A DNA stretch of 64,000 nucleotides from Bdellovibrionales bacterium (GTDB lineage: Bacteria; Bdellovibrionota; Bdellovibrionia; Bdellovibrionales; UBA1609). This document shows positions 29,780 through 37,922 of this stretch, one piece after another. The notes beneath the pieces were generated by a model. That model did no database searches and was not told the DNA's origin. It saw nothing but the letters and a program-made list of their open reading frames with translations. Each line of letters starts with the position of its first letter. Positions within the stretch are counted from its first letter, which is position 1. Made by a program: the position numbers and the translations under genes. The stretch lies in assembly GCA_965261545.1 (NCBI GenBank), contig CBDHDF010000011.1, positions 976,235 through 1,040,234 of the forward strand, read 5' to 3'.

Positions 29780-31611
29780 GTGAATAGGAAGGATAAAAGG
29801 TCTTTTTTAGAAATCCGCAAGGCATATCAGTAAAAACTGCAGAGGCCAGCGAAAGCTCCAATAGGATTTTTGGGCTTAACTGGTGGTTTAGGATGGTGTT
29901 GGGCAAAGTTTGAGGAAAATAAGGCCAGAAAAATATGTTGTTTTATGGTGTTGAGACGTACCTCTCCATGAACATAGAGGGAGCAGATGATACAGCCCTA
30001 TGCGTCATTCAGGACAGTCAGAAGTTAAGAAAATGAGTCGAAACTCTCACTTTGTGGTGGGCCTCTGGGTGGCCATAGGCTTGGAGGTTGTGAGGTGATG
30101 CCGAGATGAGTAAGAATTTTTTCAATGACCTGAGGGTCTTCAATGGAAGAAATGACTTTTACTTTTCCACCACACTCATGGCAAGTTTCAACGTCTATGT
30201 CAAAAACCCTCCTGAGCCTTTGAGCCCAGGTCATTCCTGAAGATTTTTTCTTGTTTGGTCTTGGCTCTGAATCTTCCAAATCTAAGGTTTTTTCCCTTGA
30301 GTCTTCACCGATGGAGGCTTCGATTTGGGGTTGCGGGACGATTGAGGATCGATATTTGAAATTGGGCGCGAAAACTCCGTGGAATCTTGTGAGATTCACT
30401 CGTGGTCGAGGGATGAGGGAGGCAAGACGGCTAAGGAAATCAAGGGGGTCCAGAACGATATGAGTGGTTCCATTGTCATAGGCAGTTTTGAGTTTATAGA
30501 CGACTTGGCCCCTGGCATTTAATGAAAGCCTTTCTTCACTGAGGCTGGGTCTTGAAATATACCGGCATACCCTCTCTCGCTTTTTTTTCTCATGGGCTCT
30601 ACATGCGACTCCTCCATGGAGACTAAAGCCAGAATATTTGGCAAGAAATTCACTATTAAAACCTTTACCTCTTGGTGATACAGTGTGAAGAGTCAGTGCT
30701 TTTTTCCCTTTGTGAGGACCGAGAGCTATTCTATAGGTGACTGATGATCCGTGGACTTGGTCCATACTGTCAGAGGCTTCCATAGCCAGATACTCTTGCC
30801 CTGTTTCATCCCTTAGGATAAGTCCCTTTTTTTCTAGGTGCTTGACCACTCTATGAGCTATGCTCACCAAGATGTGATCCATTTCACTTTGGGTGGGTGG
30901 AGTTATGGGGTGAAAATGAGGTTTACCTTCGGGGAATGTGTACACTCCATCCAAATACATCATATGGAAATGAATATTGAGATTGATGCTTCCGCCAAAT
31001 CGTTGAATGAAGGTAACAGAACCCGTCTTGGCTCCTGATTTTTTGGTGAGGCCAGCTCTTTTGATCAGGTAGGTGGAAATGGCTCGATGAACGATGGCTA
31101 AGACCTCTCCCATGACCTTTGGATTTTTGGCAAAGAGGAATCTTATTTGAAAAGGAAAGCTAAGGACCCATTGTCGTAGGGGTTTTTGGGGAAAAACTTC
31201 ATCAACTAAGTGGGCTGCACTTTCAGCCATTCTTCTTGCGCCGCAGCTTGGACAGAAGCCTCGACGCTTGCAGCTAAAGGCCACAAGCCTTTCATGGTGG
31301 CAAGATTCACACTGGGTTCTCAAGAAACCATGGGCAAGAATTCCACACTTGAGAAACTCATCGAATTCTTTTTTAACGAACTGGGGAAGGCCATTTTCAT
31401 GCTCATTTTCTATGTGCCGGTAGAAAGTGAGTAGATTTTCTTGCACCAATTTGTAAAGGAGAGTCTTTTCAGGGCGGTGTCGTTGGTATTTGGGAGCGTT
31501 GTTAAAGATATGGGGATCAACAAGGGCCATGGCCTTTGTTGGAAGGCAAATTCAATGCCAACTGTGGGTGAGCACCAAAAAACTTCTGGGAGAAGCCTAC
31601 TCCATGTATGG
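29780..31611 (-). mobile_element. IS91-family element, copy 1 (ends approximate)
   Basis: All three copies become homologous at gtgaataggaaggataaaagg (29780, 35269, 45032). Copy 3 diverges after ctccatgtatgg (equivalent to 31611). No clear IRs, as expected for IS91. Confidence 0.7.
30025..31530 (-). CDS. IS91-family rolling-circle (HUH-Y2) transposase
   Basis: Zn-binding N-terminus CESCHHERLVAFSCKRRGFCPSCG, HUH-like NIHFHMMYLDGVY, and C-terminal CHECGG. 501 aa. Confidence 0.9.
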   Translation of the reverse strand: MALVDPHIFNNAPKYQRHRPEKTLLYKLVQENLLTFYRHIENEHENGLPQFVKKEFDEFLKCGILAHGFLRTQCESCHHERLVAFSCKRRGFCPSCGARRMAESAAHLVDEVFPQKPLRQWVLSFPFQIRFLFAKNPKVMGEVLAIVHRAISTYLIKRAGLTKKSGAKTGSVTFIQRFGGSINLNIHFHMMYLDGVYTFPEGKPHFHPITPPTQSEMDHILVSIAHRVVKHLEKKGLILRDETGQEYLAMEASDSMDQVHGSSVTYRIALGPHKGKKALTLHTVSPRGKGFNSEFLAKYSGFSLHGGVACRAHEKKKRERVCRYISRPSLSEERLSLNARGQVVYKLKTAYDNGTTHIVLDPLDFLSRLASLIPRPRVNLTRFHGVFAPNFKYRSSIVPQPQIEASIGEDSREKTLDLEDSEPRPNKKKSSGMTWAQRLRRVFDIDVETCHECGGKVKVISSIEDPQVIEKILTHLGITSQPPSLWPPRGPPQSESFDSFS

Positions 31612-31723
31612 GCTCATTTTTTGCTCTATATTCTATTAAGCACCACTCAACCATTCAGTGCCATATGCCAATAACAAGTACGAAATCAAACGCGGCCCTC
31701 AAGCCCCAAGCAAAGGAGTTAAA

Positions 31724-31933
31724 ATGAAAATCTATATCGTAGTACTTTCAACCCTATTACTTTCATGGCCTTCCTTGGCTGGCAATAGCAAGAGCCAAAA
31801 GGCTGAAGATTGTCCATTGCTATCCAGCGCCAACCTTCACGATGACACAAAGGCAACACCAGTTCCCATCCAAGATCAAGATGAGCAAACGACCACTCCC
31901 ACAAGGTCCACGGGGTCCCAGGGCGTCAATTAA
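31724..31933 (+). CDS. Small secreted low-complexity protein (hypothetical)
   Basis: aaaggag RBS, then MKIYIVVLSTLLLSWPSLAG (signal peptide). The 5' half is duplicated at 37211- and the 3' half at 42134-. Confidence 0.3.
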   Translation: MKIYIVVLSTLLLSWPSLAGNSKSQKAEDCPLLSSANLHDDTKATPVPIQDQDEQTTTPTRSTGSQGVN

Positions 31934-32404
31934 ACCCTTGGGAGGTCAACTGCAAAACTGGCTTTCCTTGGTCTTCAAGGTCGGCTTGTGTGATGGAACA
32001 AACCGCTGTTTGTAAGAGCTATGAAAAATATTTGGAAGGGAAGTTCTCAGCGGTCTCAATTTCTCCATTCGCCGTGGGGAAATGTTGGCCATTATTGGAT
32101 CCAGCGGCAGTGGCAAATCCACTTATAAGGACGCTCCTATTCTTGTTCTCAAAGATGTGCGCCATCTTTGAGAACACACAAGGGCAACACGAAGAGCTTA
32201 TGGCCCTTAGTGGAGAGTACGCTGCTCGTTTTTACCAAATGCAATCACGAGGCAATCATAAATCAACTCATAAATCATAGATTCATAAAAAAATTGTGTA
32301 TCAATCAGAAACACCTATGGATTTTTTTTTGTAAATCTTGTTCTTTCAATGACGATAGTGTTATTCTATTAGTATGGATATATTTTTTTGGTTGAGAGGT
32401 GTTA
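31820..32404 (+). repeat. Dispersed repeat block R (copy 1); also at 42134-42702, core also at 34550-34711
   Basis: Near-identical by direct comparison, apart from a 14 bp and a 2 bp indel. It contains the 3' end of the small secreted ORF, an intergenic region, and an internally deleted ABC gene. Confidence 0.8.
32021..32280 (+). pseudogene. MsbA-like ABC exporter remnant (start codon fused to NBD pieces)
   Basis: Walker A RRGEMLAIIGSSGSGKST lies in one frame. The C-terminal ...HEELMALSGEYAARFYQMQ lies in another. The TMD is missing. The same deletion recurs at 42335-42590. Confidence 0.6.
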
Positions 32405-32405
32405 A

Positions 32406-33422
32406 GTGAATCTAATTAATATTAATAATAGAGGTTTTTCTCTGGCTGCCACTCTGGTAGCAACTGTCATTACTGGGATGCTGCTGACAACTCTCATTCA
32501 AATGTTTTCTTTTCAACATACGGAACTCACATCCATCAAAGAACAGCTCGCAGCCGCAAGTAACCACTACTTAATCCTCCAAGCCCTAAAAAATACTGAG
32601 ACCTGTAATTGCCACTTTAAGGATAGCATAAATTCGAGTCCAGAAGATGGTCTCAAGCAGTCCATCGGTCCATTTACCATCGACACGAGGCCTGATAAGA
32701 CGCCCAGTGACATCAACCTCGGGAGCATACGCACAGGTTGTGACTTTACAGGCCCCCATAACATCATTGCTGCAGCGGGCACCGCTGTGTACAACAGGCT
32801 TACAGTTCAGTCTGTGCAGGTCAAGAATATTCGTCCCACAGGGACAACGGGAGAGTTTCAGGGTGATTTGTCGGTCGCATTTGTGGATGGGTCTTACGTC
32901 AGACCGTTCCGTCCGCCGCAAGCGCGGATACTACTTTCGACGAGTCCTGCCGACGCTGCAGCTCCCGGGCGTGCGGATGCTCCGATAGTGAGTTGCGGTC
33001 AACTGGTGGCTGCCGTAAAGGCGGTGCGGATGTATGAGGTGGCGGCCGTAAAGGGCCCGACCGCGACGACGGTCCTGGCCAAGAAGGACATGAAAATAGG
33101 GGATTTCCCTGGATGGCCAATGATAAGGTGCGAGCCAGGGTTCGTTGCACACGTCGTCATGCAAGGCAGAGTTATACGAGCGCAATCTAGCCCCGAGCAC
33201 TCCGGGCTGAGCGTAGATCAGTGGTCATCAGTTGGATGGGTGGATTTAGGACGGGGCGCAACCACGGGCATCAAAGCATGCAAAGTGTGGCGGTCTAGAG
33301 ACGGCACTACCTCGACGTGTGCCTTGACTTATCAGGCGGGAGGTAATGGTACCCCGATCACGGCGTTGCTGCCGCACGACGTGATACGCGGCGTCTGTAT
33401 TCCGGCCGCGACAACGCCTTAA
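32406..33422 (+). CDS. Prepilin-type N-terminal domain protein with a high-GC globular body
   Basis: GTG start after the gagaggtg RBS. NNRG/FSLAATLVATVITGMLLTTLIQMF is a prepilin cleavage-motif-like G-F-S-L plus a hydrophobic helix, but with no Glu at +5. GC jumps from about 37% to about 57-68% after ~32600. Confidence 0.55.
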   Translation: MNLININNRGFSLAATLVATVITGMLLTTLIQMFSFQHTELTSIKEQLAAASNHYLILQALKNTETCNCHFKDSINSSPEDGLKQSIGPFTIDTRPDKTPSDINLGSIRTGCDFTGPHNIIAAAGTAVYNRLTVQSVQVKNIRPTGTTGEFQGDLSVAFVDGSYVRPFRPPQARILLSTSPADAAAPGRADAPIVSCGQLVAAVKAVRMYEVAAVKGPTATTVLAKKDMKIGDFPGWPMIRCEPGFVAHVVMQGRVIRAQSSPEHSGLSVDQWSSVGWVDLGRGATTGIKACKVWRSRDGTTSTCALTYQAGGNGTPITALLPHDVIRGVCIPAATTP

Positions 33423-33559
33423 CGGACGTGTCTGCCTTTGTGGCTCAGCCACACACAGGGGATTCAAATGTTAATGTTAACGAGATCACTTCTCCAATTT
33501 AAATAGCCCTAGTGTAACCCAAGGGGGCATCCCCCTTCCCAAGAGGCCATAGATCGATC

Positions 33560-34420
33560 ATGATAACCTCACTAGATAAGTTAGCAGCGTTCATTTCTAA
33601 TCACAAGTCCAAACACAGTTCTCGCCTTTTGTCTTGGGCCCAACGTAAAGAAGAATTTGTGAGCGAACTCAACCATCAAATTAAAAATCAATCCTATTTT
33701 TTTTCGGAAAGAAAAACCCAATTCATTGGCGGTAAACTAATAACTTATTACAAAGAATGGGAAGATCGATTTGTAGATTTTTGCTTGTCATCTTATTTGA
33801 GAGATATGGTAGCAACAAAGAATTGGGTGGCCCACAACTATGTGTCTACTGCAGGCAAAGGGCGGAACTATGCGATCCGCCAACTGTACCACCAAAGGAC
33901 AAATTACTCCTACGTTTTTAAGACAGATGTTAAATCTTATTTCGCTAGTGTGGACACCGTAATCTTGGAAAAACTTATTTTCAAGATAGGAGTGCCGCGT
34001 TGCTTGCATTCTCTCATTTGGCAAGACCTTTTGTTGCCAGTAGAAAAAAATACGAAATCTGTGAGAGAAAAGAGTATTTTTCAAGGAAGCTCAATGTCAA
34101 CATTTTACGCTTGGTTGTATCTTAAAGATTTAGATGATTTTTTTAATCAACAAACCCATATTTTTTATCAGAGGTATGTCGATGATATCATCATTCTAAC
34201 ACACACAAAAAGTGCGCTTGATGAGGGAAAAGACACTCTCTATTCGATTTTGAGAAGAAGGAAGTTAAGAACACGCTACCCTAAGACCTTTGAGGGGCGT
34301 ACCTCAGCACCTATAGCATACCTTGGATATAGATTACATAAAACCCAAATTAAGCAAAGTTATGAGTCGAAAAGAAAAAATAAAAAATTCATAATGCCTC
34401 AGGGTTTTGCTAACATATAA
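33560..34420 (+). CDS. Stand-alone reverse transcriptase (RT domain only, YVDD)
   Basis: 286 aa. WEDRFVDFCL (motif 1-2), STAGKGRNYA, KTDVKSYFASVD (motif 3), FQGSSMSTFYAWLYLKDLDDFF (motif 4), YQRYVDDIIIL (motif 5), and IAYLGYRL (motif 7). No maturase/En domain. Confidence 0.85.
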   Translation: MITSLDKLAAFISNHKSKHSSRLLSWAQRKEEFVSELNHQIKNQSYFFSERKTQFIGGKLITYYKEWEDRFVDFCLSSYLRDMVATKNWVAHNYVSTAGKGRNYAIRQLYHQRTNYSYVFKTDVKSYFASVDTVILEKLIFKIGVPRCLHSLIWQDLLLPVEKNTKSVREKSIFQGSSMSTFYAWLYLKDLDDFFNQQTHIFYQRYVDDIIILTHTKSALDEGKDTLYSILRRRKLRTRYPKTFEGRTSAPIAYLGYRLHKTQIKQSYESKRKNKKFIMPQGFANI

Positions 34421-34700
34421 ATATCTTTGATGCGATATATGTGTTCGTAGATCAAAACCGAAAACCGACCACAAACACTTTAAGGCAAGGGGTAGATATC
34501 CATTTGATTTTGAGCCGCCCATTGAGCTAAAGCACTAGAAAAATCAGTTCCAAGATCAAGATGAGCAAACGACCACTCCCACAAGGTCCACGGGGTCCCA
34601 GGGCGTCAATTAAACCCTTGGGAGGTCAACTGCAACACTGGCTTTCCTTGGTCTTCAAGGTCGGCTTGTGTGATGGAACAAACCGCTGTATGTAAAAGCT

Positions 34701-35087
34701 ATGAAAAATATGTGGGCTCGCATATGGCCCGAGTTACAGCCCTTTAAGCTTAAGCTTTTTTTTGTCCTCCTTGTTGGAGTGCTTGTCAGCGGACTTAAAT
34801 CAACAACAGGCCCCCTTCTTGGAAGTCTCACAGATGCTTGGGAAAAGGGAAACCAAGAATTGGCATGGCAAATCCCTGTGGCCCTGGCCTGTGGCTGGCT
34901 CATGATAGGTGCCGATCGTTTTATCAATATGTTCTGGACCAAATATATTGTCGACACTGTCATCATCAACCTCCGTCGCAAATTAATCGATAAATATTTA
35001 CGCTTGAGCTTCTCCTATCGAGAAAGTCTTTCCAAAGGATCGGGAGGACTTATTAGCCACCTTATCAACGACCTACAAATCGTTTAA
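34701..35087 (+). pseudogene. ABC exporter N-terminal transmembrane-domain fragment
   Basis: MKNMWARIWPELQPFKLKLFFVLLVGVLVSG...IINLRRKLIDKYLRLSFSY...GGLISHLINDLQ matches the first ~125 aa of MsbA-type TMDs. It is truncated. Confidence 0.6.
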
Positions 35088-35173
35088 AAAGTACGCGGGA
35101 GAGTTGTAGGCTACAACTGTAAATGAAAACATACATTGACTTTACTCCAAAGCGAGATGCATAATTTTTACTT

Positions 35174-35268
35174 ATGAAAAAATCCCTCCCTCCCCTTTGC
35201 TTAACCCTTGATAACACTTTTAAAGCATTTTTTAAGCATGACCAGGACTTGCTCAAGCCTTTGTTGGT
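35174..35268 (+). pseudogene. 5' fragment of an Rpn-family gene, cut by IS91 copy 2
   Basis: Near-identical to 40176-40270 (MKKSLPPLCLTLDNTFKAFFKHDQDLLKPLL) until the IS91 end at 35269. Confidence 0.7.
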
Positions 35269-37098
35269 GAATAGGAAGGATAAAAGGTCTTTTTTAGAAA
35301 TCCGCAAGGCATATCAGTAAAAACTGCAGAGGCCAGCGAAAGCTCCAATAGGATTTTTGGGCTTAACTGGTGGTTTAGGATGGTGTTGGGCAAAGTTTGA
35401 GGAAAATAAGGCCAGAAAAATATGTTGTTTTATGGTGTTGAGACGTACCTCTCCATGAACATAGAGGGAGCAGATGATACAGCCCTATGCGTCATTCAGG
35501 ACAGTCAGAAGTTAAGAAAATGAGTCGAAACTCTCACTTTGTGGTGGGCCTCTGGGTGGCCATAGGCTTGGAGGTTGTGAGGTGATGCCGAGATGAGTAA
35601 GAATTTTTTCAATGACCTGAGGGTCTTCAATGGAAGAAATGACTTTTACTTTTCCACCACACTCATGGCAAGTTTCAACGTCTATGTCAAAAACCCTCCT
35701 GAGCCTTTGAGCCCAGGTCATTCCTGAAGATTTTTTCTTGTTTGGTCTTGGCTCTGAATCTTCCAAATCTAAGGTTTTTTCCCTTGAGTCTTCACCGATG
35801 GAGGCTTCGATTTGGGGTTGCGGGACGATTGAGGATCGATATTTGAAATTGGGCGCGAAAACTCCGTGGAATCTTGTGAGATTCACTCGTGGTCGAGGGA
35901 TGAGGGAGGCAAGACGGCTAAGGAAATCAAGGGGGTCCAGAACGATATGAGTGGTTCCATTGTCATAGGCAGTTTTGAGTTTATAGACGACTTGGCCCCT
36001 GGCATTTAATGAAAGCCTTTCTTCACTGAGGCTGGGTCTTGAAATATACCGGCATACCCTCTCTCGCTTTTTTTTCTCATGGGCTCTACATGCGACTCCT
36101 CCATGGAGACTAAAGCCAGAATATTTGGCAAGAAATTCACTATTAAAACCTTTACCTCTTGGTGATACAGTGTGAAGAGTCAGTGCTTTTTTCCCTTTGT
36201 GAGGACCGAGAGCTATTCTATAGGTGACTGATGATCCGTGGACTTGGTCCATACTGTCAGAGGCTTCCATAGCCAGATACTCTTGCCCTGTTTCATCCCT
36301 TAGGATAAGTCCCTTTTTTTCTAGGTGCTTGACCACTCTATGAGCTATGCTCACCAAGATGTGATCCATTTCACTTTGGGTGGGTGGAGTTATGGGGTGA
36401 AAATGAGGTTTACCTTCGAGGAATGTGTACACTCCATCCAAATACATCATATGGAAATGAATATTGAGATTGATGCTTCCGCCAAAGCGTTGAATGAAGG
36501 TAACAGAACCCGCCTTGGCTCCTGATTTTTTGGTGAGACCAGCTTTTTTGATCAGGTAGGTGGAAATGGCTCGATGAACGATGGCTAAGACCTCTCCCAT
36601 GACCTTTGGATTTTTGGCAAAGAGGAATCTTATTTGAAAAGGAAAGCTAAGGACCCATTGTCGTAGGGGTTTTTGGGGAAAAACTTCATCAACTAAGTGA
36701 GCTGCACTTTCAGCCATTCTTCTTGCGCCGCAGCTTGGGCAGAAGCCTCGACGCTTGCAGCTAAAGGCCACAAGCCTTTCATGGTGGCAAGATTCACACT
36801 GGGTTCTCAAGAAACCATGGGCAAGAATTCCACACTTGAGAAACTCATCGAATTCTTTTTTAACGAACTGGGGAAGGCCATTTTCATGCTCATTTTCTAT
36901 GTGCCGGTAGAAAGTGAGTAGATTTTCTTGCACCAATTTGTAAAGGAGAGTCTTTTCAGGGCGGTGTCGTTGGTATTTGGGAGCGTTGTTAAAGATATGG
37001 GGATCAACAAGGGCCATGGCCTTTGTTGGAAGGCAAATTCAATGCCAACTGTGGGTGAGCACCAAAAAACTTCTGGGAGAAGCCTACTCCATGTATGG
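35269..37098 (-). mobile_element. IS91-family element, copy 2
   Basis: Colinear with copy 1. The transposase differs at a few residues (R157K, T168A, P199L). Confidence 0.7.
35512..37017 (-). CDS. IS91-family transposase (copy 2)
   Basis: 501 aa, near-identical to 30025-31530. Confidence 0.9.
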   Translation of the reverse strand: MALVDPHIFNNAPKYQRHRPEKTLLYKLVQENLLTFYRHIENEHENGLPQFVKKEFDEFLKCGILAHGFLRTQCESCHHERLVAFSCKRRGFCPSCGARRMAESAAHLVDEVFPQKPLRQWVLSFPFQIRFLFAKNPKVMGEVLAIVHRAISTYLIKKAGLTKKSGAKAGSVTFIQRFGGSINLNIHFHMMYLDGVYTFLEGKPHFHPITPPTQSEMDHILVSIAHRVVKHLEKKGLILRDETGQEYLAMEASDSMDQVHGSSVTYRIALGPHKGKKALTLHTVSPRGKGFNSEFLAKYSGFSLHGGVACRAHEKKKRERVCRYISRPSLSEERLSLNARGQVVYKLKTAYDNGTTHIVLDPLDFLSRLASLIPRPRVNLTRFHGVFAPNFKYRSSIVPQPQIEASIGEDSREKTLDLEDSEPRPNKKKSSGMTWAQRLRRVFDIDVETCHECGGKVKVISSIEDPQVIEKILTHLGITSQPPSLWPPRGPPQSESFDSFS

Positions 37099-37922
37099 GC
37101 TCATTTTTTGCTCTATATTCTATTAAGCACCACTCAACCATTCAGTGCCATATGCCAATAACAAGTACGAAATCAAACGCGGCCCTCAAGCCCCAAGCAA
37201 AGGAGTTAAAATGAAAATCTATATCGTAGTACTTTCAACCCTATTACTTTCATGGCCTTCCTTGGCTGGCAATAGCAAGAGCCAAAAGGCTGAAGATTGT
37301 CCATTGCTATCCAGCGCCAACCTTCAGCGCCTCGGACGTGAACTGCGTCTCTCCTATGCCAACCAATTTATGGCTCAAGACCGAGAGACCGTCAATGAGG
37401 CTTATGCCGGTGATATTGTGGGCATTATTGACACAGGCTATTTTCAAATTGGTGATACGATCACTTCGGGACACTCCCTTTCTTTTGGTGAAATGCCTCG
37501 GTTTTCACCAGAGGTTTTTGCCAAACTTCATATTAAGGACCCTTTAAAAAGAAAACAATTGGAGAAGGCTTCCCTGCAATTGGCTGAAGAGGGAATGATC
37601 CAACTCTTTTATGATTCCGCTTTGGGACGTCAGGACCCTATCCTAGGAGTGGTTGGTGAGCTTCAGCTGGATGTTCTTTTGCACCGGCTCAATGGTGAGT
37701 ACAAACTCAATGTCAAATTGGAGAGACAGGTCTACTCTGTGGCCAGATGGGTGACTTGCAAAGAAAGTCACCAGGAAACTCACAAAGAGAATCACAAGAA
37801 TCACAAGAAAAATAATCAAAGAGTGATCTCCTCTATTCAAGGAGGAACTCGCCTTCACCATGATATTCACCAAAACCCTGTGGTTCTCCTTGAAAGAGAG
37901 TGGGATTTAAAATGGTTATCTA

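Noticed and set aside
32567-33467. Many overlapping 73-113 aa ORFs on both strands
   Set aside because: High GC depletes stop codons here. All of them overlap the single long prepilin-like frame, and none has an RBS or recognisable motifs.
33423-33559. Possible retron msr/msd or DGR template repeat in the spacer upstream of the RT
   Set aside because: It is only 137 bp. I found no flanking a1/a2 inverted repeats, no long msd-type hairpin, and no similarity to the 3' end of the upstream gene. I kept only the two small hairpins as an observation.
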